A stretch of DNA of 41,144 bases from Candidatus Micrarchaeota archaeon (GTDB taxonomy: Archaea; Micrarchaeota; Micrarchaeia; Norongarragalinales; Norongarragalinaceae): contig JACQQD010000002.1 in the NCBI GenBank assembly GCA_016207165.1, forward strand, positions 1 through 41,144, written 5' to 3'. Position numbers and translations under genes: made by a program. Under the pieces are notes generated by a model that was not told the origin of the DNA, did no database searches, and worked only from the letters and a program-made list of their open reading frames with translations. Positions 27,205 to 35,793 of this stretch are shown one piece after another. The stretch's first letter is position 1, and each line of letters begins with the position of its first letter.

Positions 27205-27918
27205 TCAACGCCGCCGCGTCTTTGCCGAGGAACCGGAAATCTTTTTCTGGAAGGGCATCCAGCGCACCAAGTTGCCGGACTTCCAGTACGGAGTGAGGAT
27301 TCGGCGGGCGACGAGTTCATCCATCACGGATTTCAGCTTGGTTTGCGGCACGCGGATGCGGTGCTTGGCGTAAAGCTCTTCCTTGACCATGTCCAGCGAC
27401 TTTTTCTCGCCGGAATCCGCATCGTACAAGCCGGCGACCAGCTGGCACATGTCTTCCGTGAAGTTCCACGGGAACACGAACCAAGTCCAGGGTTGTTTGG
27501 AGGCGTAGTAATCCGGTACAAAGGATGAGTTCTCCAAAACGAACAACGCCGCGGTCTTGAGTTTCCTTGGTTTTTGTTTCAAGAGGTGGTCGCGGGCCAA
27601 GGCAAAGCTCTGTCCGGTGTCCGCCAAATCGTCAACCAATAGAACGTTTTTCTTGGCGACGTCCGCCTTGAGCGGCGAATGGAGTTTGGCGGCCGGATCT
27701 TTTTGCGCGGTGACGCCCCAGTGGCTGACTTGAAAAGAGTACAAATCCGAGACCATCAAAAAATCCGCGAGGCTGCGGGCCGGCACGTAGCCTCCGCGCG
27801 CGATGGCGACGATGACGTCGGGCTTGAAGTGGTCTTCCCGGATTTTCCCCGAAAGGACGCGGGAGTACTCGTACATGTCCTCCCAGGACAGAACCTCGCA
27901 GCGGAAAGGCTTGATCAT
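27205..27918 (-). CDS. Type I phosphoribosyltransferase (archaeal purine PRTase-like)
   Basis: PDVIVAIARGG, PRPP loop VLLVDDLADTGQS, WFVFPW. Confidence 0.92.
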   Translation of the reverse strand: MIKPFRCEVLSWEDMYEYSRVLSGKIREDHFKPDVIVAIARGGYVPARSLADFLMVSDLYSFQVSHWGVTAQKDPAAKLHSPLKADVAKKNVLLVDDLADTGQSFALARDHLLKQKPRKLKTAALFVLENSSFVPDYYASKQPWTWFVFPWNFTEDMCQLVAGLYDADSGEKKSLDMVKEELYAKHRIRVPQTKLKSVMDELVARRILTPYWKSGNLVRWMPFQKKISGSSAKTRRR

Positions 27919-27957
27919 AAAAATGGAATGAATGGCGGCAATAAGAGGCTTTCCGAT

Positions 27958-28380
27958 TCAAATGTCCAACAGCACGCGGACAACCCAGTTCCCGTTTTTC
28001 CGTTCCGCCTTGGTCTCGTGGTGCGTCACGGCTTTCACGTCCAACACGCCTGCCTTGGCGGACATGGGCGCGCCCCGCGCCACGCCTTCCAACACAAAGC
28101 CGTCCTTGGTTTCCGCAAAACGCGTGACGGCAAACGAGCGGAAAAAAAGGCCGTGGGCGTCGCGCTCGGCCACCAAGTCACTCAAAACGAAGGCGGCCAG
28201 TTCGGATTCGGAAAGCGCGGTTTCGCGGATGGTGACTTTCTTGGACGTGCCGACCAGCGTCAAGTCGGCGATGGTTTCAAAGAGGGCCTTGGCCGCGTTC
28301 TCCAACGCTTCAGGAAAGGTTTGGCCGTACGCTTCGTAGAGCACGTCGGCGGTGTGGTCGAAAAACTTATAGGGCTTCAT
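27958..28380 (-). CDS. Archease (RtcB tRNA-ligase activator)
   Basis: YKFFDHTADV...DVKAVTHH...VLLDI. ATG 28380 is preferred (minus-strand TTTATA at 28406-28411); alternative start 28392. Confidence 0.95.
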   Translation of the reverse strand: MKPYKFFDHTADVLYEAYGQTFPEALENAAKALFETIADLTLVGTSKKVTIRETALSESELAAFVLSDLVAERDAHGLFFRSFAVTRFAETKDGFVLEGVARGAPMSAKAGVLDVKAVTHHETKAERKNGNWVVRVLLDI

Positions 28381-28444
28381 GAACCGTTTCATGGTACCGC
28401 ATGCCTATAAAGCCGTGCGGGAACACGCCAGGTGATTCCAGATT

Positions 28445-28777
28445 ATGTTGCCGAACATGAACCCCAAACAGCTTCAAGCCATGATGAAGCAGTTGGGCAT
28501 CAAGAACGAGGAAATCGAAGCGGAAAGAGTCATCGTCGAGAAATCCGACGGCTCCAAGCTCGTGGTGGAACCCGCGCAAGTCATGCTCATCGACATGAAA
28601 GGCCAGAAAAGCTTGCAGGTATCCGGAGAGTTCCAGGAAGAAAAAGGCTCCCAAACACAAACCGACGCCGACTTGGTCATGCAGGAAACCGGGTGCACGA
28701 AAGAGGAAGCCGAAAACGCCTTGAAGGAATCCGGCGGCGACTTGGCGGAAGCCATCTTAAAACTCAAAAAAGAGTAA
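28445..28777 (+). CDS. nac: Nascent polypeptide-associated complex protein (archaeal NAC)
   Basis: MNPKQLQAMMKQLGI...SLQVSG...D.DLVMQETG...ALKESGGDLAEAILKL; AGGTGA upstream. Confidence 0.96.
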   Translation: MLPNMNPKQLQAMMKQLGIKNEEIEAERVIVEKSDGSKLVVEPAQVMLIDMKGQKSLQVSGEFQEEKGSQTQTDADLVMQETGCTKEEAENALKESGGDLAEAILKLKKE

Positions 28778-28796
28778 GCCTACTGGCTGTTGGTCA

Positions 28797-28820
28797 AGAA
28801 AAGAAAAAAAACAAAAAAAG
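28797..28820 (-). terminator. Oligo-T tract after the beta-propeller gene
   Basis: A-rich run on + immediately past the minus-strand stop at 28821. Confidence 0.5.
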
Positions 28821-31082
28821 TCAGCGGACGGCGATGACGTCGCCTTCAATGTAAGGACCAAAGGGGCCAACGTAGCCGGGGTCGTACGGTAGTTTCACCG
28901 ACTTGAGTTCCGTCAAGTCCGACAACGCGTTGGCCTTGATGTACGAGTCAGACACGGTGTACAAAACGTCGCCGATGTACGCCGAACGCTTGACGTCGGT
29001 TCCGCCGCCGTAATAGTAATCGCCCATTTTCTTGAGTTGCTCGGCGTCCACGTGCGACACGTTGCCTTTGAGGTTGAACACGTTGCAGGCGTTCTGCACC
29101 GCGCAAGAGGGATCCACGCCAAAGGCGTAGGCGCCTTCAAAAACGACGTCGCCGTACACATGCACCAAGTCGTCCGTCTTCCTCTCGGGCGGTACCTGGG
29201 CCACGCGGACGGGAATGACTAACAGGTTTTTCTCTTTGTCAAACAAAAAGGCCTTGTGGTCGGACAGCGCGTAGGAATCCGATCCCGCGTCGCCAATGCC
29301 AAACGTACCCAGTTCCACGGGGTTGGAGACGTCCGACACGTCAAACAAAGACAGTTTGAGGCCCAGGGGAAACGCCAAGTCGCTGTCTTTCAGGGGAACG
29401 GCGTCCTTGCCTAAGCCAATGAGGTGCGTGTCGTCGTACGGGTGCAAGTAATTGGAGTAACCCGGAATCTTGAGCTTGCCCAACAATTCGGGGTGCGTCG
29501 GGTCGTCAAGGCCTATCACAAACAAGGGATCCAATTGCCGGAACGTGACGAGGTACGCGCGCGAATCCATGAAGCGCGCCGAGTAAATCGTTTCCCCAGG
29601 CGCAAGGTCCTCGAGTTTCCCGACCACGGTCAAGCCGGAGTCCAGCACGTACACGTGGTTCTTGGACGGCTGGCTTTGGCCCCAGACTTGGCCCGTGGTG
29701 GTCGCCACGCGAAGAAAGCCTTCAAACTCATCCAATGAAAATTGGTTCAACAAGTGGCCGGGCACTTGGCCTTCGCCTTGGTACTGGATTTGTTGACCCA
29801 AGGCGAAGCGGTGGATGGACGTGACTTCCGTCGGAGTGTATTTTCCGCGAAGCTCGTTTTCCTTTTCGTACACCGTCTCAAAGGCTTCCTGGCGCGCGGC
29901 GTCATCCAAACCATTCAAGTAGTCCTGAACCACGGCGATTTTGAGGTTGTCTTTGCGCCATTCCGAGACGTCGGAGGCGTCCGCGGCCGAAATCTTGTCT
30001 TTGACTTCTTGCGGCGCGGAGTCCACCGCCCATGCATACGATTCCCAAAGCGGGAGGTACTGGGGGTAGCGGGTGTACGCGATGTAGGCGTTGTCCTTGG
30101 AAACGTAGACGGTCTGGGCGCCGCCCATCAGAACGATTTCCTTGTCCAGGGTCTCGGGATTGGCGACGTCAAACCCCAGCATGGTGGTGAACTGGTAGGA
30201 GTCAAACGGGTAGTCGATGTAGCGGATGTCCGACGGAAGAATTTCCGCGACTTCGCCGTCCACGGCGTAAAGAGGCCTTGGCACCTGAACGTTGGCGTAA
30301 TCCGAAAACACGGCGTACACGCGGCCCCCAATCATGCGGGACGCCACGTAAGACCCCTTGACGTCGACGCGTTGGACGAGTTTGGGACTGGACCGGTCGG
30401 AGATGTCGTACACGTCAATGAAACTGGTTTGCGAGTAGTACGGATAATAGTCTGGGGCAATCATTTTGGAGGCCACGCCGGCGGCCGGAGCAATCTGGGT
30501 GACCACGGAGTCCACCACCGCGTCCTGGATTTTTTGTTCCAACGGCTTGACGTACGGCTCCCAGTCAAAGGTCTTGGAGCCCAAGGCCACCAACCGGTCG
30601 CCGTTTATGAAAAAGCCGGAGTACTGCATGTTGGAGTCGTTCAGAACGGAAAGTACTTTCGCGTCGGAGGCCGGATACGCGCGGGCGATGACGAGGTCGT
30701 CCCCTGACAAAGTATAGATGTAGGTGCCATCGGTTTTGAATACGTCGGCTTCGTCCACTCCCTGGACTTGCACGTTGGTGGTGGAGTAATCGGGCGCGGC
30801 TTCACCGGATTTCGCCGCCGCCAGGGGTGCACCGAAGGCAAAGTCTTCGGCGATGCCGTATCCGCGGTAGCCGCCTTGGGGTTGTTGGGCGGAGGCCAAA
30901 AACGAGGCGACGTTTTCCCAGGATTCAAAGGACTTCAAGTCGGAGCCAAGGGCAACGACGCTGGGATTGACAGTCGGCGTAACGGAGGGCATGGGCCCGG
31001 GGCCTGGAAGCGAAATGCCGACGATGACGAAGGCCGCGATGACGACGACCGCGAAACCCAACCAGAATGAATTGCCTTTCAT
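28821..31082 (-). CDS. Secreted or membrane-anchored Beta_propel-family protein
   Basis: YSTTNVQVQGVDEADVFKTDG, LLNQFSLDE, GETIYSARF, VTFRQLDPLFVI, LKIPGYSNYLHP, LKLSLFDVSD, DHKAFLF. Confidence 0.93.
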   Translation of the reverse strand: MKGNSFWLGFAVVVIAAFVIVGISLPGPGPMPSVTPTVNPSVVALGSDLKSFESWENVASFLASAQQPQGGYRGYGIAEDFAFGAPLAAAKSGEAAPDYSTTNVQVQGVDEADVFKTDGTYIYTLSGDDLVIARAYPASDAKVLSVLNDSNMQYSGFFINGDRLVALGSKTFDWEPYVKPLEQKIQDAVVDSVVTQIAPAAGVASKMIAPDYYPYYSQTSFIDVYDISDRSSPKLVQRVDVKGSYVASRMIGGRVYAVFSDYANVQVPRPLYAVDGEVAEILPSDIRYIDYPFDSYQFTTMLGFDVANPETLDKEIVLMGGAQTVYVSKDNAYIAYTRYPQYLPLWESYAWAVDSAPQEVKDKISAADASDVSEWRKDNLKIAVVQDYLNGLDDAARQEAFETVYEKENELRGKYTPTEVTSIHRFALGQQIQYQGEGQVPGHLLNQFSLDEFEGFLRVATTTGQVWGQSQPSKNHVYVLDSGLTVVGKLEDLAPGETIYSARFMDSRAYLVTFRQLDPLFVIGLDDPTHPELLGKLKIPGYSNYLHPYDDTHLIGLGKDAVPLKDSDLAFPLGLKLSLFDVSDVSNPVELGTFGIGDAGSDSYALSDHKAFLFDKEKNLLVIPVRVAQVPPERKTDDLVHVYGDVVFEGAYAFGVDPSCAVQNACNVFNLKGNVSHVDAEQLKKMGDYYYGGGTDVKRSAYIGDVLYTVSDSYIKANALSDLTELKSVKLPYDPGYVGPFGPYIEGDVIAVR

Positions 31083-31180
31083 GCAAGAATCACCTGGAAG
31101 GATAACGAATCCGGGTTAATAAGAACGAACGGATTTGTTCAGGCAAAAACCTGAAACCCGGAAAACAAAAAATCGGAGTG

Positions 31181-31243
31181 AAAGGAAAAAAAAAGTAAAA
31201 AAGAAAAAGAAAAAAAGAAAAAAAAGAAGAAAAATCCAAAAAG
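31181..31243 (-). terminator. Long oligo-T tract (about 60 nt) after the 31244 gene
   Basis: Almost pure A/G run on +, which is U-rich on the transcribed strand directly after the stop. Confidence 0.55.
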
Positions 31244-33817
31244 TTAGCGGTTGCCGCCGCCGAACAGGTTGGACAGGAACGACAGGATGCCGGAGGCGCC
31301 TTGTTCCTTGGATTCCGCGCGGGCTCCCAAACTCACCTGTTGCTGCTCCAAGTCCAAAATCTGGGCGTCCAAAATCGCGGCGGCATTGGCGTCATCCACC
31401 TGCTCACGCAGTTGCTTGAGGCGCTCGATGGTACCAGCCAGTCGCTCGCTTTGCTCTTTAATGAGCTCCGCGTCCTTGCGTTCCTGCTCGGCCTGCAAGC
31501 CAATGATTTGCGTCAACGCGTACAAGACGTCTTTCTGGTTGACTTTCTGCAGGTTCTCATCGGTTTCCGCCACGTTGTCCGACTCGAAGTCCAACAGGGG
31601 TTGCAGGGATGGGGGAACAAGGTCCCGAATTTCTTGGAGTTTGGAGGCTCGGCGTTCAAAGTCCCTAAGCTTGTCTGGATCGGGGCTTCGGGCAAACTCG
31701 CGGCATCCGCGGGCCACGGCCTTTTCGACGGCGGGGCGGATTTGGTCGGGTTGCGTGAGTTCCTCGCACCGTGCCAATTGCTTTCTTCCAAACTCGCAGC
31801 CGCGCTCGGTTTCTTTCAGGCATTGTTCCTTTCCGCGGCCCGTGTCCTTGCAGTAGCGCTCCAAGTCGCGGAGCATCCGCTTGGACTCCAGCTCGCAGAT
31901 GCGGCCAAAGTCAATGCGCTCGCGTTCCTTTTGCATGTACTTCTGCTGTTCTTGGCGGCAGAACGCAACAAAAGAGTCCTTGCTACAGGGGTTGAATTGG
32001 GGGCCTTGCTGTTGCATGCGGGAACACTCGCGTTCGAATCGGGGTTGTTGTTGTTGCCATTCCTGTTCGCACCGCTCGGAAGCGCTGATCTGTCCGGTGA
32101 TGAAAGCCGTGAACGGCGAGGAAGCAACTTGGGCTTGCGTCGTGGGAGAAGGCCACGCCGTTGGAGACGGATAAGGCTCACCACTTGGAGACGGATAAGG
32201 CCCAGCCGTGGGAGAAGGCCACGCCGTAGGCGAAGGAGCGGTTGGGTACTGGCACTGGTAATACGTGCAACCGCTTTGCTGGACGGTGCTCACCGTGCCG
32301 CCACCGCTTAGACACGACTGCTTGTACGCCTCATCCAAAGAGGGACACGTCGGCCCGGAAGTTGGAGAAGGCCACGCCGTTGGAGACGGATAAGACCCTG
32401 CCGTGGGAGAAGGCCACGCCGTTGGAGACGGATAAGGCGTTGTGCCGGACGCACCCTGGCATTGCACGTAAATGCATCCGTCGTGGGAGTTCTCGGACCA
32501 CGTGCCGCCGCCACCGGTACAGGTATTCTTGGCTTGTTGGCGTTCGGCATCGGAAGGACAATACTTTCCGGTCTGGGGGTAGGGGGAACTGGTGGGCGGA
32601 GTGGTTTGGCCGTATTTGCAGACGATGTTAAAGACGCATCCGTTGCGGTCCGTCTGTTTTTCGGCGAATCCGCCGGTGGACTGGCAGTTGTCATACCAGG
32701 CTTGCGGGAGTTGGGGGCCGGAGGGGCACTGGCGTTGAATGGGTTGGGGCTGGCCTTTGTTGTAGTCTCCGTATGGTGGCTGGCCGGGTTGGCCTTCAGG
32801 GGGTTGGCCGGGGTAGGGTTGTTCGTATCCTGAACTGCGCTCCAGGCACTGGGAAATGAACTTGTCCTTGCTGCAGAATTCCGGCAACCTGATTTGGCCG
32901 CCCTCGCACTGCTGGCTGAAGTGGCCTTGCTCGAATTCCCAGCGGACTTCGCAGTCGTCGTCCAAGTCCTGTTCGCGCTCCGAAAAACCGCGGCTGAATT
33001 CCTTTTCCATGCGGCTCTTACAGGCGGAAAGGATTTGTGCCTTGTCCGGCGGACAACTGAATGAAAACGCTTCTTCCTCGCCTGGCGGGCCGAATCGGGG
33101 TCCGCCGAATTCGGGGTTGCCAATCATTTCGCATTGTTTTTTGCCTTCTTCGCAGTACTCCAGGCCGTTCTTGATTTCGGAGCAGAATTCCTTATTGAGG
33201 TCCAAACCACTTTGCTGGAATTCGGAGAGCACCAAATCGACGAGTTCGGGTTGGTTGTCGCACTTGGCTTTCAGGTTTTCTTCGCCGTATTTCTGCATCA
33301 TTTTTTCGCCGATGAGTTTAAACACGCCGAATCCGACAAATGCGGGGTCATCGCTTAAACCTTCAAACCCGCCAAAAGCGCGGTAGTCTTGGGGGCCAAA
33401 CGACGGGCCGCGGCCTTGGGGTCCGTAGCCGGGTTGGCCGAAATCACTGGGCCCGTAGTCGGGGGATTGATCCAAGTCGCGGTCGTTGGGTCCGCGGGGG
33501 CCAACGGAGTCGCGTTCGCTGTAATCCGGTCCGCCGTTTCGCTCGATGTATCCGCCTTGTCCGCCGCCATAACCGGGGCCCAGGGGAAGGGGTCCTTGGG
33601 GTCCGTCTTTGACTTCGGTGTCCGGCCTAAAATCGTTTCCAAAGGGGTCCAAGCGGCCTTGAATGTCAGCGATTCGCTCGCCGGCAAAACCTTTTTTCTG
33701 TTGCTGATCGGCTTGCACCGCGGCGGCCACTTGCGCGTCGGTGGGGCCTTCGGCCGCTACAACCAAACCGCTGCCAACCAGCAGCGCGAAAACGATGAAC
33801 ACCGACAAGCCCTTCAT
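31244..33817 (-). CDS. Secreted Cys/Gln/Pro-rich hypothetical protein with YPSPTAWPSPT repeats and a coiled-coil C-terminus
   Basis: Signal peptide MKGLSVFIVFALLVGSGLVVAA from ATG 33817; three C...C..GG...GC....C modules; amphipathic tail ILSFLSNLFGG. Confidence 0.85.
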   Translation of the reverse strand: MKGLSVFIVFALLVGSGLVVAAEGPTDAQVAAAVQADQQQKKGFAGERIADIQGRLDPFGNDFRPDTEVKDGPQGPLPLGPGYGGGQGGYIERNGGPDYSERDSVGPRGPNDRDLDQSPDYGPSDFGQPGYGPQGRGPSFGPQDYRAFGGFEGLSDDPAFVGFGVFKLIGEKMMQKYGEENLKAKCDNQPELVDLVLSEFQQSGLDLNKEFCSEIKNGLEYCEEGKKQCEMIGNPEFGGPRFGPPGEEEAFSFSCPPDKAQILSACKSRMEKEFSRGFSEREQDLDDDCEVRWEFEQGHFSQQCEGGQIRLPEFCSKDKFISQCLERSSGYEQPYPGQPPEGQPGQPPYGDYNKGQPQPIQRQCPSGPQLPQAWYDNCQSTGGFAEKQTDRNGCVFNIVCKYGQTTPPTSSPYPQTGKYCPSDAERQQAKNTCTGGGGTWSENSHDGCIYVQCQGASGTTPYPSPTAWPSPTAGSYPSPTAWPSPTSGPTCPSLDEAYKQSCLSGGGTVSTVQQSGCTYYQCQYPTAPSPTAWPSPTAGPYPSPSGEPYPSPTAWPSPTTQAQVASSPFTAFITGQISASERCEQEWQQQQPRFERECSRMQQQGPQFNPCSKDSFVAFCRQEQQKYMQKERERIDFGRICELESKRMLRDLERYCKDTGRGKEQCLKETERGCEFGRKQLARCEELTQPDQIRPAVEKAVARGCREFARSPDPDKLRDFERRASKLQEIRDLVPPSLQPLLDFESDNVAETDENLQKVNQKDVLYALTQIIGLQAEQERKDAELIKEQSERLAGTIERLKQLREQVDDANAAAILDAQILDLEQQQVSLGARAESKEQGASGILSFLSNLFGGGNR
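32145..32436. repeat. Intragenic 31-bp repeats encoding YPSPTAWPSP
   Basis: GGAGAAGGCCACGCCGTTGGAGACGGATAAG is exact at 32145-32175, 32364-32394 and 32406-32436, with partial copies around 32185-32227. Confidence 0.9.
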
Positions 33818-33848
33818 GCACAAACGCCCCCGCGAACTTTTCAAAGGT

Positions 33849-33943
33849 TATAGCAAACCTCGAAAGTCTTCCGAGACTTTCGAGCCGTTTGCTAGATAGC
33901 AATCCCCGACTCTTTTGTCGGGTTACTTTCGGGGATTGCTATA
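33849..33943. repeat. 95-bp twin-hairpin element, copy 2
   Basis: Perfect terminal inverted repeat TATAGCAA/TTGCTATA; two internal stems. Confidence 0.9.
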
Positions 33944-33969
33944 AACCAATAGAGGGCACGCGGGAGGGC

Positions 33970-33976
33970 TATTTAA
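33970..33976 (-). promoter_or_regulatory. Candidate TATA box TTAAATA upstream of element copy 2 and the 33817 gene
   Basis: Minus-strand TTAAATA lies 27 bp from the element edge. Confidence 0.45.
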
Positions 33977-33990
33977 CGGTTTGGGAGGGG

Positions 33991-34293
33991 CTAGTGGTTG
34001 TGAGCGGAATGCGTGGGCGTCAGCCAGAAGCCGGCGACCAGGAAAATCAAGCCCAAAATCGCGTCAATGAGCATGCTTTGGATCAAAGCGGTGGTGGACG
34101 CAGCCAACAATTGGCGGGTTTGTTCCAAGTCCGTGCCAGCCAAGCCGGCTTGTTCCAGTTGCTCCAGTTGCTGCAAGGAAGGCTCGATGGTGGCTTGCTG
34201 GATGAGGTACTGGTTGGCGTGCCACAAGCCCAAGAGAAGCGACCCGACGCCCAACAAAATCAGCGTCCAGGACAACAGGGGGTTGGAGGCCAT
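33991..34293 (-). CDS. Small membrane protein with two TM helices
   Basis: Two hydrophobic segments; starts 2 bp after the pfdB stop. Confidence 0.75.
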   Translation of the reverse strand: MASNPLLSWTLILLGVGSLLLGLWHANQYLIQQATIEPSLQQLEQLEQAGLAGTDLEQTRQLLAASTTALIQSMLIDAILGLIFLVAGFWLTPTHSAHNH

Positions 34294-34295
34294 GA

Positions 34296-34655
34296 TCAGT
34301 TGGCTCCCCGCGGCGTGCCGCGTTGGCTTTGGGCGTAGGATTCAAGTTTTTTTCGGACTTCGGTGAAGCGCTCCATGATTTTTTTTTCTTGTTTCTCGAA
34401 CAGGACGTTCTTGGAGGCCACGTCTTGTTTTTCTTTGGCCAATTCGGACTCAAGTTGGTCCTTGCCGCGGGCGACAAGCACTGAACCGACGAAGCGGTAA
34501 AACGGGCCAGGCGAGGACTTGACTTCCTCCAACGCTTGATCCAACTCCTTTTCCTGCATGGAGAGTTGTTGGCGCTGGATGAGCACCATCTGCAGTTGCT
34601 GCTGGAGTTGGTTGTAATCCTGGGCCATGTTCTGCACGTCTTCCTGGGATGCCAT
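34296..34655 (-). CDS. pfdB: Prefoldin beta subunit
   Basis: YNQLQQQLQMV..QRQQL...ALEEV...FYRFVGSVLV; follows the Brix gene. Confidence 0.93.
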   Translation of the reverse strand: MASQEDVQNMAQDYNQLQQQLQMVLIQRQQLSMQEKELDQALEEVKSSPGPFYRFVGSVLVARGKDQLESELAKEKQDVASKNVLFEKQEKKIMERFTEVRKKLESYAQSQRGTPRGAN

Positions 34656-34660
34656 AGATT

Positions 34661-35092
34661 CTAGTCCTCCTTGAAACGCAATTCCAAAAGCAATTCGCCG
34701 TTATTGATTAGACTGAGCTTAAAACGGCTTAAAAGGATTTGGTTGGGTCCCGGTTCCGGCTTGAAGACGCGTTGGAACGCCTGGCCAAAGTCATCCTCCA
34801 CCGTGATTTGGCCGCCTTGGCCTCGAAAAGATTTTCGCGGAAAAACGATGCCTTGGATTTTGATTTCCGGTTCAATCCAGTCGCCGTCGAAAGCAACCAA
34901 ACGCGCCGGGTTGCCGTTTTTCTCCCATACAAACAACACGTGGGAAATGCCCAGGGTTTCCGCGTGCCCGAGAACCGAATCCATGCCGGCTTTCCCACGG
35001 TTGAGGTACTCCGCTCCAAACGCCTTGGCCAACGTCCTTGCAACAGAACGCGTGAGTTGGCCGGGTTTTCGCGAGGTGGTCACCAGCATCAT
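34661..35092 (-). CDS. Archaeal Brix/Imp4-domain ribosome-biogenesis protein
   Basis: MLVTTSRKP...TRS....L......YLNRGK....EKNGNP. Confidence 0.9.
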   Translation of the reverse strand: MMLVTTSRKPGQLTRSVARTLAKAFGAEYLNRGKAGMDSVLGHAETLGISHVLFVWEKNGNPARLVAFDGDWIEPEIKIQGIVFPRKSFRGQGGQITVEDDFGQAFQRVFKPEPGPNQILLSRFKLSLINNGELLLELRFKED

Positions 35093-35703
35093 AGCGAAAG
35101 CAAGTCCTCCAGTTTGGAAGCGATGACGTCGGGCTTGGCGGCCACCAGCTTTTCCTTGGGTTGGTATCTCGAAAAAACGCCGATGGAACGGATGCCGGCG
35201 GCTTTGGCAGCCAACACGTCGTGCACCAAGTCGCCCACGTACGCTGTTTTTTTGGGTTCAAGACCGTGCTTGGAAACGAACCCCTTCAAGGAATCTATTT
35301 TATTCAAAACGCCGCCCACCACGCCGTCAAACAAATCCGAAAAACCAAAAGCCGCCACTTCTTGGTCCACCAAGTGCGCCGGGTGCGCGGAGAACAGAAA
35401 CGTTTTCCTTCCTTTGACGCGAAGCGTCCGCAACACGTCTCGCGCGCCCGGAAGGGGTTTGGGGAAAACTCCGTGCTCCGTTACGTACCGCAAGAACAGT
35501 TCGTCGACTTGCTCTTTCGAGCAATCCAATCCGTAGTTTCGGTAGAAATTCATGTACGGCAATTCGAAGTGCTCGGCGTACTCTTTTTCCGACAGCACGT
35601 GTCCGTGGTCCAAGTCAAAGATGATGCGGGCCGTGGCGCGGTAGACCATGTCAAAGTCGTCGCTAAGCGTGCCCGACCAATCGAAGATGAACGTGGAAAT
35701 CAT
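35089..35703 (-). CDS. HAD-superfamily hydrolase
   Basis: FIFDWSGTL, LFS, K, YVGDLVHDVLAAKAAG. Confidence 0.9.
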   Translation of the reverse strand: MISTFIFDWSGTLSDDFDMVYRATARIIFDLDHGHVLSEKEYAEHFELPYMNFYRNYGLDCSKEQVDELFLRYVTEHGVFPKPLPGARDVLRTLRVKGRKTFLFSAHPAHLVDQEVAAFGFSDLFDGVVGGVLNKIDSLKGFVSKHGLEPKKTAYVGDLVHDVLAAKAAGIRSIGVFSRYQPKEKLVAAKPDVIASKLEDLLSL

Positions 35704-35730
35704 TGCGTGAAAATCGTTTTGGCGCCCACC

Positions 35731-35772
35731 GCATTTTAACGCATCGAAACCACCGAAAACAACGCTTAAATA
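35731..35772. promoter_or_regulatory. Divergent TATA boxes for the HAD operon (minus TTAAAA, 35734-35739) and the 1517-aa gene (plus TTAAATA, 35766-35772)
   Basis: Each box lies 22-31 bp from its ATG. Confidence 0.6.
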
Positions 35773-35793
35773 CGGGGTAAAAGTTACTGCTGT

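Noticed and set aside
31135-31419. Lys/Arg-rich 94-aa ORF
   Set aside because: It is the translation of the poly-A tract, better explained as a minus-strand terminator.
32145-32436. 31-bp repeats as a CRISPR array
   Set aside because: Spacing is irregular, the repeats are in frame within a CDS and encode a peptide repeat, and there are no cas genes.
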